DNA of 64,000 nucleotides from Guillardia theta CCMP2712 (GCF_000315625.1 NW_005434574.1:50797-114796), one strand, 5' to 3'; shown: positions 47,178 to 58,800, counted from the stretch's first letter. The notes: generated from the letters alone by a model not told the origin. Numbers and translations are program-made.

Positions 47178-49148
47178 CTACCACGGAAGGAACAGCTTCC
47201 TCTGCTCATCATAGACATAGCAGAACGCGTTGCCGGGCTTGGCACATTCATCCTGATAGCTGCAGACCCACACCTCGTACTTCCGCGCGATCATCAAGTT
47301 TCCTAGTCCCCCCGACCTGAAGCTTTTGACCCTTGCGCGCTGCCCTTGGTTGACTTGATCCCACGTGTAGAGCATTCGGCAGGTGATGTAAGCCGGGTAA
47401 ACTGCCCACACTTGCATTGGCTCCTCAGGACCTGATTCAAGCGGCGAAGCGCCTGCTGGAGTCGTGGTGGGCATGGAGGTTGTCGTGGGAAAGGAGGTTG
47501 TCGTGGTAGGAAAGGGAGTCGTCGTGGTAGGAAAGGGGGTCGTAGTGGTAGGAATGGAGGTCGTTGCGGGAGGGCTGCATGCCACTGTGACAGAATCGGT
47601 GTAGAGCTGGGCGACCTGGGAGGGAGTCAGAACTCCATCGTAAACCCGAAAGTCGTCAAGACCGCCGTCCGTCTTCCCGTCTCCTGACCAGTGCGAACGA
47701 GCGAGGTACCATCCTCTCTGTGCCACGTTTGACACTGAGTAGAGCCTGTCTGTCTCACAGGCATCACACACCAGTACATTGTCAACCCAGATGAACCACT
47801 TGTTTGCCAATGCGCTCCCATCATCAGGGTAGATTGAGATCACGAACTGATGCCAGATCGAGATCATGTAATTGTAGTAGCTGTCGACGATGACATTGCT
47901 TGCTCCATGGTATGAGTGCACCTGAAACAGCCTCTGGTCAGTGGCTGGCTCCGGCACTGCCACCAGCCAGTTGTTGTTAGACTGACCCCCCCCGAAGTCG
48001 AAGAAGCGAGCATACGATCCACTCCCAGCACTCATGTAGCCCCAAAAACTGACAGTAATCCCGCTCGTCTGCTGGATGCTGCCTAAGTCCAGCCGGCTGT
48101 CCATTGTCATGTACTGCTGGGCCCCGCTCGCACTGAAGTGCACGCACCCCTGCCCTCGTTTGCAATTCGCAGCAGAGTCGTGGGTTGCCCCATGGTTGGT
48201 AGCGTTGTAGCCATTCCCGCTGCTGTCCTTCCCCAAGTCGTTAGGGTCATCGAAGGTATACCATACCAGCGGTTGGAATATTTCACGATGATGTGCGCTC
48301 CAGTTGAAGCTGAGAGGCGGGGGTGTTGAAATCAGCCCTGCTGTTGTGGTTGGAGCCGGTGTAGTGGTGGTTCTGAGGGCAGTTGTAGTCTGAGGTTGTG
48401 TAGTCGGCGGGGAGAGTGCAGTTATGATGAAGGAAGTCGTAATGTCGTTGAAGTTATAGTCTACCAGGCATAAAACGTCGGAGGTGAGGGTCAGGGTTCT
48501 GCCCTTGTACTCATGCTCAAAGAGCTCGACTTGAAGACCTGATGGTATCTTGATAGAGCTGAGAACATCGTTGGATATGCCCATCTGATCTAAGTTGTAG
48601 CTTCCTGGTCCAAGTGTGCTACTCGAGCCAAGGTACCAGCAATCAACATAGAACGTTGCTTTCTTGACAGGGGTAGGCGAGGGGGGAGGTGGTACAGGTG
48701 CAGGTGTAGTAGTGACTTTGACTCTCTCGACATCACATCCAGCTTCGTTCTGACATGCTCTCACGTTTGAATCCCAACGAGCGAATGGCGGCCAAGACGA
48801 ATGATAGCAAGTCAAGTTATTTCCTGTCAGGTCCAAGACACTCAGTGACGATAATCCAGCGAAGGCCTTTGACGAAATACAAGTGAGATTGTTGTCTGAG
48901 AGATACAGTTGCTGCAAACCCGAGAGCCCGTCGAAGGTTCCATTGAGTATGTTCTGAATTCCTCGGCTCTGCATGGGTAGTGAACTGCAGCTGCCCGCGC
49001 AGCTTCCCTCTCTCGTGAGCAACCCTGCATCTGAGACGTGAAACAAGCAGCCTCCGCAGCTCCTGTTGCTCGCTCCCTCGGCCTGTCCCATCAGGCCTCC
49101 TACAGCAACTCCCAGCACTAGCACGCACAATCCTTGCCGCCCCTGCAT
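47178..49148 (-). CDS. Secreted modular protein: signal peptide, short LRR, beta-gamma-crystallin domain, LamG/ConA-like domain, Thr/Pro linkers; intronless
   Basis: LRR FDGLSGLQQLYLSDNNLT / FAGLSSLSVLDLTGNNLT; crystallin motifs NDVLSSIKIP and NDITTSF; LamG WYTFDD..KDSSGNG..TVSFW..RFFDFG..WHQFV..LDDFRVYDGVLTPSQVAQLY. Confidence 0.9.
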   Translation of the reverse strand: MQGRQGLCVLVLGVAVGGLMGQAEGASNRSCGGCLFHVSDAGLLTREGSCAGSCSSLPMQSRGIQNILNGTFDGLSGLQQLYLSDNNLTCISSKAFAGLSSLSVLDLTGNNLTCYHSSWPPFARWDSNVRACQNEAGCDVERVKVTTTPAPVPPPPSPTPVKKATFYVDCWYLGSSSTLGPGSYNLDQMGISNDVLSSIKIPSGLQVELFEHEYKGRTLTLTSDVLCLVDYNFNDITTSFIITALSPPTTQPQTTTALRTTTTPAPTTTAGLISTPPPLSFNWSAHHREIFQPLVWYTFDDPNDLGKDSSGNGYNATNHGATHDSAANCKRGQGCVHFSASGAQQYMTMDSRLDLGSIQQTSGITVSFWGYMSAGSGSYARFFDFGGGQSNNNWLVAVPEPATDQRLFQVHSYHGASNVIVDSYYNYMISIWHQFVISIYPDDGSALANKWFIWVDNVLVCDACETDRLYSVSNVAQRGWYLARSHWSGDGKTDGGLDDFRVYDGVLTPSQVAQLYTDSVTVACSPPATTSIPTTTTPFPTTTTPFPTTTTSFPTTTSMPTTTPAGASPLESGPEEPMQVWAVYPAYITCRMLYTWDQVNQGQRARVKSFRSGGLGNLMIARKYEVWVCSYQDECAKPGNAFCYVYDEQRKLFLPW

Positions 49149-49199
49149 GGTCTCCCAGCACAAGGCCCCTCCTTTTGACCACGGGTACTTTTATCATTC

Positions 49200-49800
49200 A
49201 TTAGCCACCACCGGTACGGTCAAAGTGTGCAGTCCTAGCTAGAACACTGAGTGACCGAAACAAAGTAGCAGGCAAAGTACCGGTCCTTACTTCCCCTGAT
49301 ACGTCACTAGTAGTATCGCACTCGGCCGGCGGCCGACTTGGTAACACAGTCCCCGGCCCTGGCGGCTGAGGGCCCCGGGCCCCGGCCGGGACTCGGGCCC
49401 CGGAGGCCCGCCGGGCCCTCGCAAGGCTTGCCTGCCTGCCGGCGAGTCGGAATCCGATCGCTGAGTGGAGTCCGAGTCCCCGGCCCGCCGGCGCCCCGCC
49501 AGCCAGGCCGCAGTGCGGCGCGGCCAGGATCGGACAGGCCGCTTCACGGTCATTGGAAGTCACTGAGGCTCAGGCTTCAATGTGAAGCCTGAGAGCGGAC
49601 CGTGCGGCAGCGCCGGCCGGCACTGTCACAGTGACGGTGTATCATAGTAGCCCATTAGAGTCTTCACGGTTCTGGCAGACTCAAGACGAGCCTCGATCAT
49701 CAAGTTCGCCGCCGCCGCCGCGCCCCGGGCCCGGCCGTCACGGAGTCGGAGTCCGCCATAGTCACCGGCCTCAAGCACACTATCGACTGGGAAGGAACAC
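49200..49800. promoter_or_regulatory. GC-rich core upstream of the 49148(-) gene
   Basis: CACTGTCACAGTGACGGTG (49621), several CGAGTC/GACTCG and CCGGCCGG motifs. Confidence 0.5.
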
Positions 49801-50578
49801 AGACCACCTTAGCAGTCATTGTTGACGATTCTTTTATAGTCGAGGGGCAGCCACCAGGGGTGGTGAGGCTCCTCACGCACGAGCGAGCATCCCTCGTGTG
49901 TCCGCTTAAATCTGCTGCCTGCTCCTCCTCGAGGTTCAGCAAATCGTACCAGTACAGGAGACACTCTGTCGCCCAACAGAGGTTGATAGGGACTTCGAGC
50001 ACTCAATGACATCAAGTCTGACAAAGTCTTTATGCTCACATTCCATGAAATTTGATAAGAAATCATCCAACTTCACGATTTTATACAAGGTGCATTGGGA
50101 TCCTAAGTGATTTGGGGTCTAGAATTCATATTCGAACTCATCGAAATACGTGAGCATGCATCTGTTGGTGTGGAGGTTTCATGCTTTCTGCTGGAGCAGT
50201 TGGTCGATTGCAGTCATGAGAAATACCACATATAGTATTCTGCACGTGTTCAAAAGGTGATTTGACGAATTTTAGATTCGTTCTTTGCAATGTTGAGCAA
50301 ATCCCAATATCCGTTCATTTGTGTACGGCTGGCACTTGAGAAGAAGCTTGCAGTGATCTATAGAAATATTGAAGAGAATTCTGGAGTGTTGTTTTTTCAC
50401 AGCACAGGTCAAACTTGGAGCTCTCTACGTCTAGCTCATGAGAGAGAGTCCTTGTTTGCGCTCCTATCTTTATCCCGCCTCATATATATAGTTTGTTCGT
50501 CCTGACTCTGAATCAAGTCAACATAAGACAATGCAAGTGCGGTGAGGTCAATCGTTGCCTCCCAAGTCAAACTGACTG

Positions 50579-50651
50579 CCTGTTGCCTTGCTCCCTCAGC
50601 CTGTCCCATCAGGCCTCCTACAGCAACTCCCTGCACTAGTAGCACGCACAA
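50579..50651 (-). pseudogene. Orphan ~70-bp copy of the signal-peptide coding region of the 47178..49148 gene
   Basis: Aligns to 49062-49130 with a few substitutions and small indels (CVLLVQGVAVGGLMGQAEGA vs CVLVLGVAVGGLMGQAEGA). Confidence 0.8.
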
Positions 50652-50659
50652 ACTTCACT

Positions 50660-51600
50660 GGCGGCCGCACTTGCGGCATCGAGAAGCGGACAGGGGTAAG
50701 AGCCTCTTCTTGGACCGGTCCTTGGTACCTCTGTGCAGGGGGGCGAGGACCCCTCCTCTGAGGTATCCGGTTCAGACCGGCGGTTCGCCTAGTGGGCCCC
50801 TTGAGCTGTGCCGAGTCATGACTGCGACTGTCCTCTCTCACTAATTTTTAACTTAACTCCTAGAGCTCGGGTGATCTGACACTGCGCCGCCCTTTGTCCG
50901 GGCCTGCTGCGCCCGGGCGGACGGCAGTGAACGTCTTTTTTTCCTTTTACTCAACGTTAAGTTAAAAATCAGTACGTGGACAATCTGCCGGAGAGCAGTA
51001 GATGATACCGTCAATGACAGTTGAGCCGTTGAAGCCGTTGGAACCGTTGAAGAAGCCACTCGGTACCCCTGCTGTCCGGCGATTGGGGAATACCGGTTCT
51101 CGAAGGTAGCCTTCGGGAACCGTCCTCACCACCAGCACCCCAACATGACCCGAGGGGTTCAGCCTACCTTGGGCTCTGAGCACGGGTACTCAAAGAATGA
51201 TAGCTCCGGTGATTGAAGGGGGTGGTGCCCAACAGTCTTAGTTGTCGTCACGTGTTATCGCAACATAGGGGTGGCAGGGGCGCTTTGCCATGTATGCCCT
51301 AGGACTTGGTGGCTATCATCATAAGCAAAGGTAGGGCTGACGTGTATAGGGGGGATAGGGTCCCTGTTAAATTATATGGAGGGGATGCCAAGGAGTTGGT
51401 CCTGTAGGGGTGGGGTGGTAACATCCAAATTCCACGCCGGTAGAAGGGGTGGGGTAGGGATTTATTATTTATTATTATCCCTTTTCGTGCCAACCTACCA
51501 GACACGTCCAGCTCGAAAACAAGGGGGGGGGTGGGCTCGAGGAAGGGGTACTTTGATGGGCCTTGGTTGGGTGGGGTAGAACAGCAAAATTCTGGAGGTT
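50660..51600. promoter_or_regulatory. Intergenic block: GC-rich core plus GGGGT-rich flank upstream of 51708(+)
   Basis: Same motif composition as the other intergenic blocks. Confidence 0.45.
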
Positions 51601-51707
51601 GAGCTAACCTCATCTGAAGGCCTGCATTTGCGCGTTTTGCATCAAAAGTGACAGGAGAGCAGGAGAGCAGGAGAGCTGCAGAGCTGCAGAGCGTCGCTGG
51701 CGGCAGA

Positions 51708-53918
51708 ATGAGAGGCATGAAGATGTACTGGTTTTCTTGTTGTCTGCTCTTGTTCAGCTCCTACGTCGCTACGCCGGCGCATGCTTCAGTTGCGATAGCA
51801 GAAATGAGTACTCCGCAACCTTTCGTTTCTTCGTCGTCGAGCACTCCTCTTGCACATTCCTCTTCCAGCACTCCTCCTCATTCATCTTCTTCAAGCACCC
51901 CTGCTCCTTCCTCTTCTTCCAGTGCATCGTTGTCCTCTTCTTCCAGTGCACTTCTACTGTACTCGTCTTCTAGTGCTCTTCCATTGTCCTCTTCTTCTGC
52001 TAAAGCTCTTCCTTCATCTTCGTCCTCCAGTGCTTCACTAGTTTCATCTTCTTCAAGTACTCCTTACATATCTTTCTCCTCCACTCCCATTCCAACATCT
52101 CTGACTACATCTCCCCCCTCCATCTCATCATCTCCCTCAATGCTATCCTCTGCATACAGTTCCTCTCTTTCCACCATTGCATCCTCTACCTTGACACCAT
52201 CGCCTACCGCCTTTGTATCAGCTGCATCAACTACGCCACAACTCTCGACTGGACCTATGGTACCTGAAATCAGCGTCTCAATCCACGACTCCTCAACGGC
52301 TCTACCTGCTTCAACTGATTCGATTTCCATCGCGGCCTCTGCTTCTTTCTCTACACCTACACCCTCCACCTGCGGCAACGGAATTCTTGAGCCGACGGAA
52401 GGTTGCGATGACGGAAACACTTTCAACAATGATGGATGCAGCTCCACGTGTACAGTTGAGGCCTACTGGACATGCAGCAGCCAAGAAGGTGCAACCTCGG
52501 TGTGCAGCATGCTAGTAATCCCCAAGTGGACGGGGTTGTCAGTTCTGAGTGGGACAAACTATGCGGGAATGACAAACGAGCTTGCTGTCCTGGTTTCCTC
52601 CAACTTCCCTCTCAGGATCGGGAGCAACTTCTCCATCGTAGGCCTCAACGTCTCCATTGATGGCAACTCTCAATTCGTCTCTGTGTCAGGCAAAGACATC
52701 TCGCCGCAGGCCGTCTGGACCGCGAGCGAGGGGCGGCTGACCCTGTTTGTTACGAGCAATGTCAATGCTGTCTCCTTCACAGTGAAGGTACAGAACCCGT
52801 CCTACTCTCGAGACCCCATCCTACTAGGAGCCGAGTGCTTCGGCTGCGTAAGCTTCGCTCCTTCCTACATTGTCTACAATGGCTCGCTTGGGAGCGGGCT
52901 GGCAACAACATTGCTTCCTCCCAGCACCTGCGGGAAGAACGCCGATGGAGTGGCTTTGTACGGCTCATCATGTCAGTACACGTGTTATGGAGTCGTCTCG
53001 GGCGAGTTCTGCGTGTGCATGTCTGGACAGTTCGGCCCGGGCTGCTCGCAGACGTTAGGGGCGCCGACTCAGAGCCTCACGATGACGGTTTCGCCGGACC
53101 AGGAGACATCGATCCAGGGGTCAGGTGGGCTTTCTGTCAGTCTGCCAGCTGGGGCCCTAGCGAGCTCTCAGCCAATCAGCGTTTCGGTGTATAACGTCTC
53201 GAATCTGGACCTGAGCAAAGGGAGTTCGCAGACGCTTGTCGCAGCTGGACCAGTCATTGTCTTCTCTCCAGCTGGGCTCAAGTTTAACAAGTACATCACC
53301 ATCAACATTCCTTACGAACCCAGCCGGATAACAGCTGGGCTGGAGCCGTACGTGTTCTACTACAATGCGATGGCGGCAGACCCATGGGAGCGGCAGATTT
53401 CGACGGCGAAACCAACGGCTTCTCCTCCTGTGCTCGAGGCTCAAATCAACCACTTCTCTGGATTTGTACCCCTCGGAGCCCCTCCTCCTCCCACCACAAC
53501 GACAACGACGACTCCTGCTACAACAAGCCCTCCATCCTCTCCTCCCGGGTCAGTCGTGATCGGACAATCGACATCGCCGACAGCTCAGTCACCTTCGTCT
53601 TCCCCTGCTGATTCAGCGTCTACACCCGTTCCAGATTCTTCAGGTGGTGGGAGCTCGGTGGTTGCCATCGCTGCTGGGGTAGCTGGAGCTGCCGGAGCGG
53701 CGGTCCTTGTGTGCTGCCTGCTCTGGCTGCTGAGGAAGAGAAAGACGAGGAGGGTTGACAATGATGCTGAGGAACTGCTCATCAGACCTTATCCTGGGGA
53801 CGCGAGGCAGCCAAGCCATGTGATAGTTCCAATATCCGATGAGGCGCAGCAGGAAGAGCATCCCTTCGAGAGGAAAGAGGAAGGGGACTCAACATCTGAC
53901 TCGCGGCAGGCATGGTGA
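51708..53918 (+). CDS. Type I membrane protein: signal peptide, Ser-rich mucin, Myxococcus-type Cys repeat, EGF-like, ZU5-like domain ending in HFS, TM, short tail; intronless
   Basis: CGNGILEPTEGCDDGNTFNNDGCSSTC; CVCMSGQFGPGC; VSLPAGAL..FSPAGLKFNKYITINIPY..WE..AQINHFSGF; TM VAIAAGVAGAAGAAVLVCCLLWLL followed by RKRK. Confidence 0.9.
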   Translation: MRGMKMYWFSCCLLLFSSYVATPAHASVAIAEMSTPQPFVSSSSSTPLAHSSSSTPPHSSSSSTPAPSSSSSASLSSSSSALLLYSSSSALPLSSSSAKALPSSSSSSASLVSSSSSTPYISFSSTPIPTSLTTSPPSISSSPSMLSSAYSSSLSTIASSTLTPSPTAFVSAASTTPQLSTGPMVPEISVSIHDSSTALPASTDSISIAASASFSTPTPSTCGNGILEPTEGCDDGNTFNNDGCSSTCTVEAYWTCSSQEGATSVCSMLVIPKWTGLSVLSGTNYAGMTNELAVLVSSNFPLRIGSNFSIVGLNVSIDGNSQFVSVSGKDISPQAVWTASEGRLTLFVTSNVNAVSFTVKVQNPSYSRDPILLGAECFGCVSFAPSYIVYNGSLGSGLATTLLPPSTCGKNADGVALYGSSCQYTCYGVVSGEFCVCMSGQFGPGCSQTLGAPTQSLTMTVSPDQETSIQGSGGLSVSLPAGALASSQPISVSVYNVSNLDLSKGSSQTLVAAGPVIVFSPAGLKFNKYITINIPYEPSRITAGLEPYVFYYNAMAADPWERQISTAKPTASPPVLEAQINHFSGFVPLGAPPPPTTTTTTTPATTSPPSSPPGSVVIGQSTSPTAQSPSSSPADSASTPVPDSSGGGSSVVAIAAGVAGAAGAAVLVCCLLWLLRKRKTRRVDNDAEELLIRPYPGDARQPSHVIVPISDEAQQEEHPFERKEEGDSTSDSRQAW

Positions 53919-54399
53919 AGGCATCAAGGCCTTACAGACGTATAGTTTGCTTCTGATTGTCAGTTTCTCGGCAGATGTACTATTGCATCAAGTAAGAAAG
54001 GTGAAGCGTGTGGGTAGGTGAAGTTCCAGTATGTTCATCAGGTTTGTAAGGAGCTTCACTCCTAATTTTCAATATGCTAAAGAGGTTGTAAAATTATTTG
54101 AAAAGGTTGTAAAATCAAAGATTGAAAGCCTGCAGGTGTTTTTCTCCTCACATAGTGATAACTCTTCTTGCCTTTCTCTGTCATTCACACCTTGTTCATT
54201 CTTTACATTAGCGAGAGCGACTGCCTGTCAGCTTGTCGAATCACAGCAACTTTTCATCTTGAAGATCAAGATCCTGACACGAAGTCGTAAACACAGGTGC
54301 TCCTGCTTCTACAAGAGTTGGAACCGAAAGCAAGCATAAATCTGTTTCATCACTAGTTCTTTTCTTGACAGACTCATCCCACCGTCAGTCTGTATACTA

Positions 54400-55330
54400 T
54401 GTTCCCCCCTCCTTCCTTTTGCTCCCTCCCCCTCCCTTCCATCTGGTTTTTGCTCAATTCTCCCTTTCCATCTCTCCCCTCTCCCTTCGTCATTTATCCC
54501 TCTCTCTTTTTCACCCTCCCGTCCCAACCCCCCCTTCTCCTTCCTCCCTCTCCTTTCTTGTAGATCAGAGTTTAATCAAAGTCAGGATCCCACCCTGCTC
54601 TACAATTCTCCCTCCCTCTCCCTTCCCCTCCCTCCCTTCCCTCCCTCCCTTCCCTTCCTTCCTCCCCTCCTTCCCTTCCTTCCTCCCCTCCCTCCCTCCC
54701 TTCCCTCCCTCCCTCCTTCCCTCCCCTCTCCTACCCTCTCGCCCCTCCCTCTCTCCCTTCAACTTTGCCCTTCTACATCTCCTGCCTACCATGAATTCGT
54801 TTGGTTTTTCCCCTTTCCACCTACGTCTGCCTTATAACCCTCCCCTGCCTTTCCTTCCTTCTTTTCCTCCTCATCTAATTGTTCCTTTCCCAACCTGCGC
54901 ATCTCCCTTACCCTTCTTTCCTTCCCGTACCTCCCTCTCTCCCCTCACCTTCCTTGCACCTTCCCTGCTATCTCTCAATCACTGCGGCACAACACCGCAT
55001 TTGCTCTTCCTCCTTCCCGAGGGTTGTGTGTACAACAATGACCTTCCATATCACTTTTTTCAACCTCTCCAACTCTTTGACTGCCTCCTCCCTTTCACCC
55101 TCACGTCCCTCCTCCCTTTCACCCTCACGTCCCTCCTACTCTCACCTATTTTCCCATCGTCCTCTCCCCTGTATATTATCTTTCTCTTCCTAACTTAGGG
55201 ACCTACTCTCACCATCCCCTCCTCTACATCTCTCCCCTCCTTCCCTTGGCTTCCCTGCGCTCCCGTCTCCTCCCCTTCCTCCCTCCTCCCTCTCTCTCCC
55301 TCCCTCCTCTCCGTCTCTTCGCATTTCTCT
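54400..55330. repeat. Polypyrimidine low-complexity tract
   Basis: CT-rich degenerate repeats (CCTT/CCCT). Confidence 0.85.
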
Positions 55331-55899
55331 TTTGCCAAAAGTTGCTACCAGCCTCGCCAAAAGTTGCTACCACGAAGTACGTTACAGTGTAACTGAAACA
55401 GTTACATGTATCGCCATATGTACTCGTAGGAGGACCTAGGAGGGTCCCTAGCGAATAAAGAAGTTCGGAGGCCTGGCTCCCGCAGTGAAATAGATGGGGT
55501 ACTTATGAAGACAAAGGACCGGGTGGTGAAGCTACCAGTTTCTTAGGGGGTCCTAGGAACTCGGCCGGTATGCTGGGCAGTTGCTACCGTGAGAAAAATT
55601 GTTTATTTTCCGGAAGGAAGTCTTTTTCTCACGGAATATTTCAATTTTGTATATAAATTTCGTTCTTATTTGTTTAAAGTTGAAACAAACCGAGAAAATT
55701 GCAGACGATCTTTGAACCTTTTCCGTACCGTCCCCTGAATCGGAGGGCAGCGGTAAATGTCCCATCGGAAGGGTTCTTAGGCTAGAAGTAGGCTATTTCA
55801 CAATAACTTAACTTAATTTTTCCGACAAAGTGACTAACACCAAGTGCAATTAGCCAAGATGTTGGTTATTTCCCATCCGAACGGGCTGTCGCGCCGACA

Positions 55900-58800
55900 A
55901 TGCAGGTAACTAAGGCAGCAAGGAGGAGGAAGAGATGGACAGAGAGAGGAAGAAGGAGAGGAGACAAGGGATCAGATGATGAAACAATTGTTGACTGTGC
56001 TCAGACGCAAATCGAGGGGGGTGGGAGGAAGCTGTAAGACAGGAACGAGGGCATTTCGTCGCAAGGATTTCTTGTTGCTTACAAGGCTATCTTGCAGTGA
56101 TCCTGAGCCAGCAGTGCACGAGTGACTGAGGATCTTTGATATGTCCATCGCTAATATCGGTGCTACAACACTGAGCTCGCTCAGAAGTATGAGCATGGAT
56201 CAGCCCAAGGGCGGAGTAGGCCTCGTTTTTACCAAGGACGTAAAGAACGCAAACTTTCTGATCGTGAAGAAGGTACTGCCATCCATGACGAGCCATGCGA
56301 TATGAATGCACGAAATCAGGTTGTCGAAGGAGGCCCAGCGCAAAACTGTGGATTGATCCAAGTTGGAGATCGGCTAGTGAGGATTGATGGAGTTGAGATT
56401 GGTTCTCCCCTTTCCGCGCCCGTAGGACAAAGTGACTGAAGCTCGTGCCGTAGGGTCAGCGCCGGCAGAGCAAACCCCCCAGCTCCCTGGTCCGCATGGG
56501 TCAAGAGTGGGTCTGACCTTTGAGAGATCGCTGAGCAACCTGGTACAGAGCTCGAGTCACTAGGAAGAGGTCCTAAGGTGATCGCAGGCGTCAGATCGTT
56601 TCTACAACAAGTCCTTCACAGTTCTGCTCACGAGGAGCCGGGTAGACTTGCTCTTGACAAGACGATCATGGCACTTGACCATCGTGTTGTCCTGCAAGGA
56701 TTTCTTTCCGGACAAGTTGTCGCAGAGTGGTATGAGCCAAGACTCGTTCGACGAGGCTCTTTCCTATGAGGGCGATCGGCCGACCCTCTCGAAATCATTT
56801 GTGTGGACTTGCTCTTGTTTTCTTTTCACTGCCTGCTCACTTTGCTTTTCTCTGTCAGATCTCATCTCAAAATGGCTGGTTTTCAACTGGATATGAGAAG
56901 ATTGCAAACTTGGCTGCAGCGGTAATTTCTGATGCGCTGTCTTGATGGTTTGTTTGATCCTGGGGGTAGATGGAAGGGCAATCGGATTACAAACATAAGG
57001 CTAGGATGTCTGTTTGACATGTGCATCGTGCTTACGAGATCATAGGATCTGTCTCCAGTCTCAAGGAATGGAAATGAAGTTTTCTCTGTAACCAGGTCGT
57101 CCCCGCTGTCAACCGGTTCCATTCTTCTTGACGAGTTGAAAGCAGAAGTCCCAATCCGTCGAACTTCAACATATCCAGCAACAAAGAAGACATCTTATTT
57201 AAGCTGGAAAGCCAGAGGTTCGACAGTTTGAGCCGCATAGAGAGTCAACAAGTATGTATCAGCGCTTCTTGTACCCCTGCGTTCATGGCCTCCTGACTGC
57301 TAGCTGTCTTCGTGCTTTGTGCAGACGACCAACGATTCCAAGACGGAAATTGACAGACTGGAGAGGCAAAACGCGGAGTTGACCTCGAAGATAGCCAATC
57401 TGCAAAGAGACTACGTAAGCACAACAAGTATTGATGCCGTACGATGAATAACAAGCTCGTCTCCAGGAGAGAGACTATGCAAAGCTCTTGGAAGCCGAGA
57501 GTTATAAGGCGCATTACATGGAATCGGCAGAGAAGATGAAATCTCTCACCGAGGAGTTGAGGATGGTCGCAGACAAGAATGTCATCCTAAAAGCTGAGAA
57601 CGACAACCTCAAGATCAGATTGCAAGAGGTGGCTCATACTCCAATCCCTCTTACATCTGAGATTGATGACAGTTTCCCGAAGAAAAATTTCAAAATTTGC
57701 TGGCTCAAGTTGAAAGCGCTGTAGAGAACGAAGGGAAACTTCGAAAGCAGAATGAGCAATTGGCAAAGGAGATTGTGAGGCTGAGGACAGAAGCGAGGAG
57801 GCAGCAAGTTGAATCGAGCGGTATCGTTCGAGTGTTGCCTGCTCTTGACTTGGCTCTGAGAGAGCACACAGAACATCAGAATGAGTCGATTGATCATTCT
57901 AGAGACGTGGATGAATCACACGTGATCGAAGACCTGAGGGAAGACTACAAGAATCGGGAAAGGAAGCTCCTCGGCGAGATTGTTCGAATGGAGAAGCTGC
58001 TAAATTCGAGATCAAAGATCTGGGAGGACTTGGATGTTCCAGCTAAAGTGATCCGAGGGGTTGAGAAGGGATAGACAGTGACCCTTGATGCTGCAGGAGG
58101 AGATTGACATTCACAAGAAGCATGCAGAAAGTCAAGAGCAGAAGAAGAAACACGATAGGCTCGAGAATGCTCAAGGTGAGACCTGTCTGGATGGGTGTGA
58201 GCTCCAACGCTGAATCGTCTCTCCTCCCCAGATTCTCAGGACCTGAACAGGTCAGTCAGCTTGTCGTTGACACATACATGCTAACAAGAAGATTTCGGGT
58301 GTTTCTTGACTTTTTTTGTAGATCCAAAACAACCGGCTTACTGTTTCCGTTTGAGAAATCCACCTGGGCAGAAGATGTGGAGCAAATCAACAGCCCATCC
58401 ATCCAGGTGTGTGTGGGAAGAGCCAAGAACCTCCCCAGCACCCACCAAGGAGATCAGTTTTCCTTCCGTGTCCTAGTCAACGAGCTGGAGTTGGGAACCA
58501 CCAAGTCGTACGAAGGGATGGAGGTGATATGGAATGAAACCTTCCATAAGAAGATATCTCTACATGAACAAGGGCTGGTCTCACTGCTGCTGTACCATCA
58601 GTCCAACGGAGTGAAGCTTTGCGTCGGATACGTTGCTGTTCCGTTTGATCGGCTGCTGAAATCCAAGGTGGAAGAAGGTTGGTACGAGCTGAGAACAGAC
58701 TCGAACGAGCTCCTCAAGAACGGATTCGGACACACGCAAGCGTTGATCAACTTCACGGTGATTGGAAACTGGAATGCTGACAACATGGAGAGTCAACCCG

